From Cryobacterium sp. (GTDB taxonomy: Bacteria; Actinomycetota; Actinomycetes; Actinomycetales; Microbacteriaceae), in NCBI RefSeq assembly GCF_025463825.1, contig NZ_JAODBG010000035.1:35984-99983 (forward strand): DNA of 64,000 nt, read 5' to 3'. The position numbers and the translations under genes are program-made. The number at the start of each line of letters is the position of its first letter. Positions within the stretch are counted from its first letter, which is position 1. This document shows positions 36,579 to 45,830 of this stretch, one piece after another. The notes under the pieces were generated by a model. That model ran no database searches. It saw only the letters and a list, made by a program, of their open reading frames with translations, and had not been told where the DNA came from.

Positions 36579-37490
36579 ATGACCACGCAGACCATTTCCG
36601 TCCCGAGCGCTGCGACGCGACGCCAGGGCCGCAGCACCGTGCCACGCAACCGGAGGACCACGCCCCGCCAATTCTTCTCCCGCCTGCCGATCCGGGTGTT
36701 CCTGGCGATCCTCCTGGTCATCGTGGTCTACCCGATGCTCTGGATGTTCCTCGGCTCCTTCAAGACGCAGAACGAGTTCCTCAATGAGCCGTTCTGGACG
36801 CTTCCGCAGTCCTGGTCGCTCGACAACTACGTCTCGGTCTTCGACAGTGGCTTCGGCACGTACATCCTCAACAGCATCATCGTGGTGTTCCCGTCCCTCG
36901 CGGTCATCCTGATCGTCGGCGTGGCGGCCGGGTTCGCGCTCGAGGTGATGGTGTGGAAGGGCCGCGGCACCGTCCTGCTGCTCTTCCTGGCCGGCATCAT
37001 GGTGCCCACCCAGATGAGCATCCTGCCGCTGTTCACGATCTACTTCCGCACCGGCCTGACCGGCAGCTACTGGCCGATGATCCTCACCTACATCGCCACC
37101 GGGCTGCCGCTGACCGTCTTCATGATGGCGACCTTCTTCCGGTCGGTACCGCGCGAAATCTTCGAAGCGTCCACGCTGGATGGTGCACGCATCCTCCGCT
37201 CCTTCTGGGCGGTCGGGCTGCCGCTGGTGAAGAACGCGATTTTCACCGTCGGCCTGGTGCAGTTCTTCTTCCTCTGGAACGACCTGCTCATCGCGCTGAC
37301 GTTCACCAACAGCGATGCCCTCCGCACCATCCAGGTCGGGCTGCTGAACTTCACCGGCCAGTACGGCGCCGTGCAATACGGGCCGACGTTCGCCGCGATC
37401 GCGGTCAACGTGCTGGGAACACTTTTCATCTACCTCTTCCTGAACCAACAGGTCATGAAGGGCCTCACCGCCGGATCGGTCAAGGGATAA
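36579..37490 (+). CDS. Sugar ABC transporter permease (MalG/UgpE-like)
   Basis: EAA loop (EASTLDGARILRSFWAVGLP) and the C-terminal motif NQQVMKGLTAGSVKG. Confidence 0.85.
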   Translation: MTTQTISVPSAATRRQGRSTVPRNRRTTPRQFFSRLPIRVFLAILLVIVVYPMLWMFLGSFKTQNEFLNEPFWTLPQSWSLDNYVSVFDSGFGTYILNSIIVVFPSLAVILIVGVAAGFALEVMVWKGRGTVLLLFLAGIMVPTQMSILPLFTIYFRTGLTGSYWPMILTYIATGLPLTVFMMATFFRSVPREIFEASTLDGARILRSFWAVGLPLVKNAIFTVGLVQFFFLWNDLLIALTFTNSDALRTIQVGLLNFTGQYGAVQYGPTFAAIAVNVLGTLFIYLFLNQQVMKGLTAGSVKG

Positions 37491-37496
37491 CGACAC

Positions 37497-40163
37497 ATGA
37501 GCACCACAACAGACATCACAACAGGCACCACGACCGCCATCAGCGAGATCTGGCTGGAGAACCGCCGGGGCGGGTCCACCCTCGGCATCGGCGAGAGCCG
37601 GCCACGCGTCTCCTGGACGACAGCGAGCCTTGAGCCGATCGAGTCGATCGACCTTGAGCTCACCCGCGCGGACGGCAGCACCCAGCAGCACACCGAAGCG
37701 GGCGCACCGAACCGCCTTCTCGACTGGCCGTTCGCCCCGCTGGCCTCCCGTGAAGCGGTGACCCTACGGCTCCGCCCGCGCAGTGACGCCGGCACGCCCG
37801 CCGCCTGGAGCGCACCGCTTCCGATCGAGGCCGGGCTGCTCGAACGCACCGACTGGGCGGTCCCGTTCGTCGCCCCGTCGACCGCGGAACCACAGGGAAC
37901 CCTCCGGAAGGGGTACCTGCTCCGCGCGGAATGGGATGCCGCCGACCTCGGCATCACCCCCGGCGCGGTGCAGCGGGCGCGGATCTACTCCACGGCCCAC
38001 GGCGTCTACGAACTCGCGCTCAACGGCCGGTGCGTCTCCGACGATCTCCTCTCCCCGGGCTGGACCAGCTACAGCCATCGCCTGCGTTACCAGACCTACG
38101 ACGTGACGGATGCGATCCGCTCCGGCCGGAACGCCATCGGGGTCTGGCTGGCCGACGGCTGGTACCGGGGCCGGATCGGGTTCGAGGGTGGCCTCTGGGA
38201 CCTCTACGGGCAGGATGCCTCCGTGCTGCTGCAGCTGGAGCTCACCCTCCTCGACGGTACCGTGGTGTCCGTGCCCCTGACGGACTCCTGGCGGTCGAGC
38301 GACTCGCCGATCACCGAGGTGGGCCTCTACGAGGGGGAGGCCTACGACGCCCGGCTGCTGCCCGCCGGGTGGAGCGAGGCCGGCTTCGACGCCACCGGGT
38401 GGACCGCGCCCACCCGGCTCGAGCTGGCCGCCTTCCCGGCCCAGCTTGAACCGCCGACCGGCCCAGCCGTGCGGGTGACCGAGGTCCTGACGCCGGTCAG
38501 CGTCGAGGCCGTCGCGGGCAACCGCATCCGGCTGGACTTCGGCCAGAACATCGCCGGCAAGCTCCGCATCCGGGTCGCCGGCGACGCGGGGCACGTGGTG
38601 ACGTTGCACCACGCCGAGGTCCTCGAAGACGGCCTGCTCGGCGTCCGGCCGCTCCGCTCTGCGGTGTCCGTGGACCGGTACACCCTCGCCGGGGACGGCC
38701 TCGAAGAGTGGACCCCGCGGTTCACCCTGCACGGCTTCCGGTACGCGGAGGTCGAGAACTGGCCCGGCGGCATCGAGACCGTCGATGTGGAGGCCCTCGT
38801 CGTGCACACCGACATGGAGCGCACCGGCTGGTTCGACAGCTCGCACCCGGGCCTGAACCGCCTGCACGAGAACGTGGTGTGGAGCATGCGGGACAACTTC
38901 GTCGACCTGCCGACCGACTGCCCCCAGCGGGACGAACGGCTCGGCTGGACAGGCGACATCCAGGTCTTCGCGCCCACGGCGCTGCGCCTGTTCGGTGTGC
39001 ACGGTACCCTCACCGGCTGGCTTCGCGACGTGGCCTACGAACAGGTCGACGAGGGGCACGTGCCCAATTTCGTGCCGTGGGTCGATTGTGGTTTTCCCAA
39101 CTTCCCCACCGCCGCGTGGGGCGATGCCGCGGTCATCGTGCCGTGGGAGATGTACCGGCACGACGGTGACACCCGCATCCTCGCCGACCAGTACGCCAGC
39201 ATGCGCGGCTGGGTGGACCTCGTCGACGATCTGACCGGCCACACCGGACTGTGGAACACGGGCTTCCAGCTCGGCGACTGGCTCGACCCGACCGCGCCGC
39301 CGGAGAGCCCGGGCGACTCCCGCACCGACAAATACCTCGTCGCCACGGCGTACCACGTGCGCACCGCCCGGCTCCTGGCCGAGACCGCGGCGATCCTGGG
39401 CAAGGATGCCGACGCTGCGCACTACCGCACGGTCGCCGAGCGCGCCACCGCGGCGTTCCAGGCCGAGTACATCGCGCCGAACGGGCGGGTGGTCAGCGAC
39501 ACCGTCACCGCCATCGCCGTCGCCATCGTGTTCGAACTGTTCGCCACCGAGACGCAGGTCGCTCGGGCGGGGGAGCGTTTGCTGCACCTCGTCAAATCGG
39601 CGGACTTCCACATCAGCACCGGTTTCGTGGGCACGCCCATCATCTGCGACGCGCTCGTGCGGGCCGGCGGGATCGACGCCGCCTACCACCTGCTCCTGCA
39701 GGACGAACTGCCGTCCTGGCTCTACCCCGTGAGTATGGGGGCGACCACCATCTGGGAGCGCTGGGACAGCATGCTTCCCGACGGGTCCGTGAATCCGGGG
39801 GACATGACCTCGTTCAACCACTACGCCCTGGGCGCGGTCGCCGACTTCATGCATCGCGTCGTGGCGGGGCTCGACTCCGCGGAACCGGGCTTCGCCCGCT
39901 TGCGGATCGCCCCGCAGCCCGGCGGCGGACTCACGCACGCGTCGGCCCGGCACCAGACCCCGTACGGCACGGCCTCCTCCCGGTGGCACCGGGACGGCGG
40001 CACCTTCACCCTCGAGGTCGTCGTGCCGCCCGGCTCCACCGCCACGGTGGTGCTGCCCGGCGGCGGCGACGTGCACGAGGTCGGCGCGGGCGCGCACTCG
40101 TTCACCACGACGTTCCGGGCCCCGGCCGACGACCCGGCCAAGCCGCCGTACAGCCGGTGGTAG
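37497..40163 (+). CDS. Alpha-L-rhamnosidase (GH78)
   Basis: GH78 catalytic-domain block DLPTDCPQRDERLGWTGDIQVF and an upstream bacterial rhamnosidase N-domain pattern. 888 aa. Confidence 0.85.
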   Translation: MSTTTDITTGTTTAISEIWLENRRGGSTLGIGESRPRVSWTTASLEPIESIDLELTRADGSTQQHTEAGAPNRLLDWPFAPLASREAVTLRLRPRSDAGTPAAWSAPLPIEAGLLERTDWAVPFVAPSTAEPQGTLRKGYLLRAEWDAADLGITPGAVQRARIYSTAHGVYELALNGRCVSDDLLSPGWTSYSHRLRYQTYDVTDAIRSGRNAIGVWLADGWYRGRIGFEGGLWDLYGQDASVLLQLELTLLDGTVVSVPLTDSWRSSDSPITEVGLYEGEAYDARLLPAGWSEAGFDATGWTAPTRLELAAFPAQLEPPTGPAVRVTEVLTPVSVEAVAGNRIRLDFGQNIAGKLRIRVAGDAGHVVTLHHAEVLEDGLLGVRPLRSAVSVDRYTLAGDGLEEWTPRFTLHGFRYAEVENWPGGIETVDVEALVVHTDMERTGWFDSSHPGLNRLHENVVWSMRDNFVDLPTDCPQRDERLGWTGDIQVFAPTALRLFGVHGTLTGWLRDVAYEQVDEGHVPNFVPWVDCGFPNFPTAAWGDAAVIVPWEMYRHDGDTRILADQYASMRGWVDLVDDLTGHTGLWNTGFQLGDWLDPTAPPESPGDSRTDKYLVATAYHVRTARLLAETAAILGKDADAAHYRTVAERATAAFQAEYIAPNGRVVSDTVTAIAVAIVFELFATETQVARAGERLLHLVKSADFHISTGFVGTPIICDALVRAGGIDAAYHLLLQDELPSWLYPVSMGATTIWERWDSMLPDGSVNPGDMTSFNHYALGAVADFMHRVVAGLDSAEPGFARLRIAPQPGGGLTHASARHQTPYGTASSRWHRDGGTFTLEVVVPPGSTATVVLPGGGDVHEVGAGAHSFTTTFRAPADDPAKPPYSRW

Positions 40164-40198
40164 AGATGTCGATGACAGCATCCGGAAAAGGACCAGCA

Positions 40199-41239
40199 AT
40201 GCAGCACTCCATCCGCCCCGGCCAGCCGTGGCTGGACACCAACGGCGAACGGATCCACGCCCACGGTGGCTCGATCCTCGCCGTCGACGGCGTCTTCTAC
40301 TGGTACGGGGAGAACAAGGAACGCACCCAGCCCGGCAACGGCGTCTGGCACTGGGGGATGCGCTGTTACTCCTCCACCGACCTGTACAACTGGGAGGACC
40401 GGGGGCTGATCATCCCGCCGGTGCCCGAGGACCCGGAGAACCCGCTACACCCCGCCCAGCTCGCCGACCGGCCGCACATCATCCACAACGCGCGCACCGG
40501 CAAGTACGTCTGCTGGGTCAAGGTGATGCAAAGCAACATTGAGCAGATGTCGAGCGTCTTCACCGCCGACGACATCCTCGGCCCGTACGAGCTCGTGCGT
40601 AGCGGCATCCGGCCGCTGGGCATGAACGCCGGCGACTTCGACCTCGTCGTCGACCCGTCCGACGGCAAGGCGTACTACTACTTCGAACGCGTGCACAGCG
40701 AGCTGATCTGCGCCGACCTGACCGACGACTACACGGATGTCACCGGCTACTATTCGACGCACTTCCCGCGCCGCCAACCCCCGTTCGTCCGGGAGGCGCC
40801 GGCCTACTTCCTCCGCAACCAGCGGCACTACCTCATCACCTCCGGCACCACCGGGTACTTCCCCAACCAGTCGGAGTCGGCCGTCGCCGACAGCTACCAC
40901 GGTCCCTGGACGGTGATCGGCAACCCGCATCCCGCTGATGAGTCGAATACCTCCTACCGCTCGCAGCTGTCGTCGATCTTCAAGCACCCCACCAAGAAGG
41001 ACCTCTACATCGCCCTCGGCGACCGCTGGATGGTGGACCCGCCGGCGGACCTGCCCGACATCCCCGCCCTGTTCGAGAAGATGTTCCGCCCCGGCACGGA
41101 CCACAGCGAGTGGGGCGCGATCGACCTGCCCGACCCTGACACATCCATCGCCGACTATGTCTGGTTGCCGATCCGGTTCGACGGTGACGACGTGTTCATC
41201 GATTGGCATGACGAATGGCGCATCGAGGACCACGCCTGA
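40199..41239 (+). CDS. GH43-like glycoside hydrolase (possibly exo-beta-1,3-galactanase-like subfamily)
   Basis: WLDTNGERIHAHGGSILAVDGVFYWYGENKE N-terminal block. The start is ATG 40199 (GGAAAAGGA upstream) or ATG 40166. The upstream part of the 39251 ORF is out-of-frame overlap with the rhamnosidase gene. Confidence 0.65.
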   Translation: MQHSIRPGQPWLDTNGERIHAHGGSILAVDGVFYWYGENKERTQPGNGVWHWGMRCYSSTDLYNWEDRGLIIPPVPEDPENPLHPAQLADRPHIIHNARTGKYVCWVKVMQSNIEQMSSVFTADDILGPYELVRSGIRPLGMNAGDFDLVVDPSDGKAYYYFERVHSELICADLTDDYTDVTGYYSTHFPRRQPPFVREAPAYFLRNQRHYLITSGTTGYFPNQSESAVADSYHGPWTVIGNPHPADESNTSYRSQLSSIFKHPTKKDLYIALGDRWMVDPPADLPDIPALFEKMFRPGTDHSEWGAIDLPDPDTSIADYVWLPIRFDGDDVFIDWHDEWRIEDHA

Positions 41240-41323
41240 CCCACCCGCTTATTGAACTACGGCGCTTCTGAATCGCATCGTCGATGCGTGTTGTACTTCT
41301 CGAGCGCGCCTGAAGTACGGTGA

Positions 41324-42289
41324 ATGACGTACCCCACCCGTCCGGAAAGGACCCGCCCCGTGAAGACCTTCACCATGCCCGGCACCGATATCGTCGCCCC
41401 GAACGTCCTGCTCGGCCTGATGCGGATCGCCGAGAAATCCGACGATGAGGTCCGGGAGCTGGTGCGCACCGCCCGCGACGCGGGCATCGACTTCGTCGAC
41501 CACGCCGACGTCTATGGCAACGAACGGCACGGCTGCGAACGCCGCTTCGCCGAGGCGCTGCAACTGACCTCGTCCCAGCGGGACGAGATCACCATCCAGA
41601 CCAAGACCGGGATTCGCGAGGGCTACTTCGACTTCTCCTACGAGCACATCCTGGCGTCCGTGGAGGGGTCCCTGACCGCGTTGCAGACGGACCGCATCGA
41701 CATCCTGCTGCTGCACCGTGCCGACGCGCTCGTCGAGCCCGACGAAGTCGCCCGTGCGTTCGACGACCTGGAGGCCGCCGGCAAGGTGCGCGCCTTCGGC
41801 GTCTCCAACCACACGCCGCGCCAGATCGACCTGCTGCGCACGTCGGTGCGGCAGCCGATCGTGGCCAACCAGCTGCAGCTCTCGATCACCCACTCGCCGA
41901 TCATCGCGCAGGGAATCGCGGCCAACATGGTCGCAGAGCCGCAGTCGATCACCCTCGACGGCGGCGGGATCGTGGATTACTGCCGGCTGCACGACATCAC
42001 CATCCAGGCCTGGTCGCCGTTCCAGGCCGGCTTCTTCACCGGGGTGTTCCTCGGCTCGCCGGAGCACCCCGAACTCAACGCCGTTCTCGACCGGCTCGCC
42101 GCCGCCTACGACGTGCCCACCATCGCCATTGCCACGGCCTGGATCACCCGGCACCCGGCGCAGATGCAGGTGGTGCTGGGCACCACCAGCCCCGAGCGGG
42201 TCGCCGCGGCCGCGCTGGGCTCGGATCTGGTGCTCACCCGGCCGGAATGGTACGAGCTGTTCCGCGCCGCCGGGCACATCGTTCCCTAG
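41324..42289 (+). CDS. Aldo/keto reductase
   Basis: IDFVDHADVYG, ILLLHRAD, GVSNH and QAWSPF motifs. The start is 41324, or GTG 41360 (GAAAGGA SD). Confidence 0.8.
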   Translation: MTYPTRPERTRPVKTFTMPGTDIVAPNVLLGLMRIAEKSDDEVRELVRTARDAGIDFVDHADVYGNERHGCERRFAEALQLTSSQRDEITIQTKTGIREGYFDFSYEHILASVEGSLTALQTDRIDILLLHRADALVEPDEVARAFDDLEAAGKVRAFGVSNHTPRQIDLLRTSVRQPIVANQLQLSITHSPIIAQGIAANMVAEPQSITLDGGGIVDYCRLHDITIQAWSPFQAGFFTGVFLGSPEHPELNAVLDRLAAAYDVPTIAIATAWITRHPAQMQVVLGTTSPERVAAAALGSDLVLTRPEWYELFRAAGHIVP

Positions 42290-42300
42290 CCCTGGTGGCG

Positions 42301-43014
42301 CTACAACCGGATCTCACCGGAGACAAGCTGCCGGGCGACCATGCTCAGCGGTGTCTGACGGGCGCGGGCATGCCCGCGGATACAGGCGAAGGCCTCATCC
42401 ATGGAGAGCTTTTCGGTCTCCGCGACGACCCCCGTGGCCTGCTCGATGATGATGCGCGTGGAGAGCGCCTGCTGCAGTTGGTCGCGGATCGTCGAGGCGT
42501 CCCGGATGGTGCGCTCCTGCAGGATCCCGATCGTCGCCACATCCGCCAGGGCCTGCGCGGCCCGGACGTCGAACGGGTCGATCTCGCCGCGCTCGTTGCG
42601 CATCAGGTCCAGGGTGCCGATGGTGCTCCGGCGCAGGCGCAACGGGATAGCGTACACGGAGTGGATGCCCCGGGTCCTGGCAGTGGAGGTGAAGTCGGGC
42701 CAGCGCTCGGAGTCCACGCCGATGTCGGGCACGGACACCACGGCGCGGGCGCGGAAGGACTCCAGGCAGGGCCCCGCGTCCGCGTCCAGCTGCATGATCT
42801 CCACCAGGGCGTTCGCCTCGCTGGTGGAGGCGACGACCTCCAGGTCGCCGTCCGGATTCGCCAGCAGGATCCCGGCGGAGTCGACGTCGAGCAGGTCGTG
42901 ACAGTACTCCACGAGCGACTGCAGGAGTTCCAGCACGTCGTAACCGGCCACGAGAGTGTCCGCCAAAGTGGTGAAGGCGTCGAAGAGTGCTTCGGTGCGC
43001 GTCGTCTCGATCAC
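42301..43014 (-). CDS. GAF plus ANTAR domain RNA-binding regulator
   Basis: The N-terminal ~150 aa are GAF-like (contains DADAGPCLESF). The C-terminus is ANTAR-like (IIIEQATGVVAETEKLSMDEAFACIRGHARARQTPLSMVARQLV). The GTG start overlaps the upstream stop. Confidence 0.8.
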   Translation of the reverse strand: MIETTRTEALFDAFTTLADTLVAGYDVLELLQSLVEYCHDLLDVDSAGILLANPDGDLEVVASTSEANALVEIMQLDADAGPCLESFRARAVVSVPDIGVDSERWPDFTSTARTRGIHSVYAIPLRLRRSTIGTLDLMRNERGEIDPFDVRAAQALADVATIGILQERTIRDASTIRDQLQQALSTRIIIEQATGVVAETEKLSMDEAFACIRGHARARQTPLSMVARQLVSGEIRL

Positions 43015-43706
43015 GGCGTCTCCTCGCCGGTCTCCCTGAGGGTGCCGAACCGGATGCGGCGTTCAATGATGTCTTCCGCGACGTCCCGCATCGGGCGATT
43101 GTCGGCGAACGCCCTGGCCTGGATGATCAGGTACGCGTCGTCCGCCTTGGTCCCGAGCTGGGCGAGAACCATGCCCGTCGCCTGATGGATCAGCCGGCGC
43201 GAGAATGTCGTCGTCTCGCCGGGTTCGCCGCCGCTGACGGCGTGCCGCAGCAGGATCCGGCTGACGATCGCGGACAGGGCCATGGACTGCTTCTGTTGCA
43301 GGTCGGTGAGTTGCATGGGAGTGCTGGAGTACAGGTCCACGGCACCGATCTCCAACGGCCCGAACATGAGCGGGAACGCGAAGATCGCCGCGATGTTCTC
43401 CTCGCGGATCCCGTCCGAGAAGGCCGGCCAGGTTTCGCTGGACGCGAAGTCGGGCTCGAGCACGGGCGCCCTGGTGATCAGGGCGTCCCAGCACGGGCCC
43501 TCACCGAGGTCCAACTGCAGTTCGTCCACCCGCCCGGCCCGAGCATCCGTGGCGGAGATCGTCTCGGCACCCAGGAGCGAGCCGAAGGTCGAAATCGAGG
43601 CGCCGCTGACCGGAAGGAACCGCACGAACGGGCGAGCCAACTCGTCGATTCTCCCGCCGGCCTCGGAGAGGACATCGGATGCTGTTTGGAAGGGGTCGGC
43701 CGTCAT
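43011..43706 (-). CDS. GAF plus ANTAR domain RNA-binding regulator (paralog of 42301..43014)
   Basis: GAF-like N-terminal part (LDLGEGPCWDAL) and an ANTAR-like C-terminal part (LIHQATGMVLAQLGTKADDAYLIIQARAFADNRPMRDVAEDII). Confidence 0.75.
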   Translation of the reverse strand: MTADPFQTASDVLSEAGGRIDELARPFVRFLPVSGASISTFGSLLGAETISATDARAGRVDELQLDLGEGPCWDALITRAPVLEPDFASSETWPAFSDGIREENIAAIFAFPLMFGPLEIGAVDLYSSTPMQLTDLQQKQSMALSAIVSRILLRHAVSGGEPGETTTFSRRLIHQATGMVLAQLGTKADDAYLIIQARAFADNRPMRDVAEDIIERRIRFGTLRETGEETP

Positions 43707-43827
43707 CGCTCCACCTCATCTCGTTCCTTTTTTCGCCAGAGTACTCGTCGAAAAGAGACGATCCAAGAACTTGACAATCAGAGAATGGTGTTTGTTCGCG
43801 GCGTCATCCGCGCCGACGGGCCCGACG

Positions 43828-44721
43828 TCAGTGCGCGGCGGCGCCCGGCTGGTTGCGCCCCCGGAGGCGCGAGATCCCGAGCACGACTCCGACGATGATC
43901 AGGCCCAGAACGAGACCGATCACGGCGGACATCGCCGTGTCGGCGACCCAGACGACGACGGGCCCGGCCGCTTCGACCGCGTGCGTCACGGTGTGCAGCA
44001 GCTCGTACGGGCCGTGCCAGAACGTCTCGGCCAGGTTCGCGATGACCAGGTGGCCGCCCACCCACAGCATGGCGACCGTGCCGATGATGCCGATCAGCCG
44101 GAACACGGCGGGCATCGACCGCACGATCCGGGCGCCGGTGCGCCGGATGCGCCGCGCCGGGTTCTTCATCAGGGCCAGTCCCATATCGTCGATCTTGACC
44201 AGCAGCGCGACCGCGCCGTAGACCAGCGCGGTCATGCCGAGGCCGATGACGACCAGGGCGCCGAGCGTCATCCAGATGCCGAAGTCGGGATCGAGGCTCG
44301 CCAGCGCGATCAGCATGATCTCGGTGCTGAGGATGAGGTCGGTGCGGATGGCGCCGAAGATGAGCCTCCCCTCGTCCCTGGCCTCGGTCTCGTCGGCGGC
44401 GTGGTGCACGCCGAACCATTCGGTGACCTTCTCCGCACCCTCGAAGCACAGGTAGGTGCCGCCGAGGATCAGCAGGAAGGGCAACACCCAGGGCGCGAAT
44501 GCGGACAGGAGCAAGGCGAGCGGGATGATGATGATGAACTTGTTGAACATGCTGCCCAGCGCGATCCGCCAGACCACGTAGAGTTCGCGCGCCGGGGAGA
44601 GCCCCTGGACGTACTGCGGGGTGACGGCCGCGTCGTCGATGACAACGCCGGCGGTCTTAGCGCTCGCCTTGAGGGCAGCGGTAAGAATGTCATCGACTAC
44701 GGCGAGCAAGCCGACCGACAT
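43828..44721 (-). CDS. DUF808 (YedI-like) inner-membrane protein
   Basis: N-terminus LLAVVDDILTAALKASAKTAGVVIDDAAVTPQYV is typical of DUF808. GAGGAG SD. 297 aa. Confidence 0.7.
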   Translation of the reverse strand: MSVGLLAVVDDILTAALKASAKTAGVVIDDAAVTPQYVQGLSPARELYVVWRIALGSMFNKFIIIIPLALLLSAFAPWVLPFLLILGGTYLCFEGAEKVTEWFGVHHAADETEARDEGRLIFGAIRTDLILSTEIMLIALASLDPDFGIWMTLGALVVIGLGMTALVYGAVALLVKIDDMGLALMKNPARRIRRTGARIVRSMPAVFRLIGIIGTVAMLWVGGHLVIANLAETFWHGPYELLHTVTHAVEAAGPVVVWVADTAMSAVIGLVLGLIIVGVVLGISRLRGRNQPGAAAH

Positions 44722-44964
44722 CTGGTTCTCCTCGGATCAGGGGCCGTCGGCCAGGGGCAGGGCGACGGCAATGGTGTTCCAGAATACCGTGCGGCAGCAG
44801 CCGCCGGGATCGTTCCCGAGCTTGACCAGCCTCCCATCCAATGGAATACAGGATCGTCGCGGCAACGACTGTGACGCATCGTTGACGTGGGATTACGTCC
44901 GAACGCGTGACGTTTCCGAGATGTCGTCCATCGAGGACAGCGTCGTCCCGCTCAGGAGGACCAC

Positions 44965-45801
44965 ATGATTCACGTCGCACAGCGATGCCGGGTGCTCGTC
45001 GACAACGACTGGGCAGGCGATCCCGACGGTCTCGTTGCCCTGGCGCACCACGCCCTGGTGCCGACGAACCGGATCGTCGCGGTCACGAGTTCACTGACCA
45101 GCCCGATGTTCGGTGATCCGACGGGGGAAGCCGAGCGAGGTGCGGCCCTCGCAGCAGAGCTGTTGCACTCGCTCGGGCACGCCTCTGTACCGATTGCGGC
45201 CGGCCCCGACACCCGTTTCGGAGGTCGGGGCCGTGCATCCCGTGCCGCCGGCGCCATAGTGGATGTTGCGCGGTCGGAAGATGAACTTCCGCTGTTCGTC
45301 GTCTGCGCGGGCCCCCTCACCAACATCGCAGATGCCCTCTCCCTCGATGCTGGTATCGCCGAGCGGTTCACCCCGGTGTGGGTCGGCGGCTCGTTGTCTG
45401 GGGAGTGGGAATATAACGAGCAGACCGATAGCGAGGCCGCGCGTTTCGTCCTGGCCCACCCTGGCCTGCACATCCGGCAGGTCCCGGTCGAGACCTATCG
45501 CCGGTTGGCGATCTCCATCGCGGAGCTGCGTCTATCGCTGCGCAGGTCGGGAACCGTCGGGCGCTGGCTGTGGAATGTATTCGAGGTGCTGGATCTGCCG
45601 GACAGCGTTCAACTCGGCCCGATGTGGTGCCTCGGCGACAGCGCCCCGCTCGTGGCGACAGCGATTGATGATCCCGGCGCATCGCTCACACCGATCGACG
45701 GTGAACCCACCAGGACCGTCTACAGCAACCTCGACACGAGGCTTGTGCTCGGTGACTTCTTCGCACTGCTCGCTGGAGTGGACGGCTCTGCCAAGCCCTG
45801 A
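44965..45801 (+). CDS. Nucleoside-hydrolase-like protein, non-canonical Asp cluster (paralog of 17825..18910)
   Basis: VLVDNDWAGDPDG, CAGPLTNIADAL and EWEYNEQTDSEAARFVL blocks. AGGAGG SD. Confidence 0.6.
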   Translation: MIHVAQRCRVLVDNDWAGDPDGLVALAHHALVPTNRIVAVTSSLTSPMFGDPTGEAERGAALAAELLHSLGHASVPIAAGPDTRFGGRGRASRAAGAIVDVARSEDELPLFVVCAGPLTNIADALSLDAGIAERFTPVWVGGSLSGEWEYNEQTDSEAARFVLAHPGLHIRQVPVETYRRLAISIAELRLSLRRSGTVGRWLWNVFEVLDLPDSVQLGPMWCLGDSAPLVATAIDDPGASLTPIDGEPTRTVYSNLDTRLVLGDFFALLAGVDGSAKP

Positions 45802-45830
45802 CGCGTCCGGGCAGCCGATACTCGGTCGGC

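Noticed and set aside
39251-40198. N-terminal extensions of track ORFs 39251..41239 and 53353..57201, and similarly 28644..30701, 25088.., 27433.. and 21135...
   Set aside because: The upstream parts overlap the preceding genes (rhamnosidase, permease, GH43 and others) in another frame and translate to Arg/Pro/Gly-rich junk. Recognisable protein sequence begins only at the internal starts given in the feature list.
43282-44874. Long ORFs antisense to, or out of frame with, recognised genes. Examples: 43282..44874 +, 47147..49330 -, 14779..16194 -, 22514..24091 -, 37764..40199 -, 59649..61043 +, 61261..62919 +.
   Set aside because: These are typical stop-codon-poor shadow frames of very GC-rich DNA. 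The translations are Arg/Gly/Pro/Ala/His-rich and low in complexity, with no motifs. In each case the opposite or alternative frame encodes a protein with clear family signatures.
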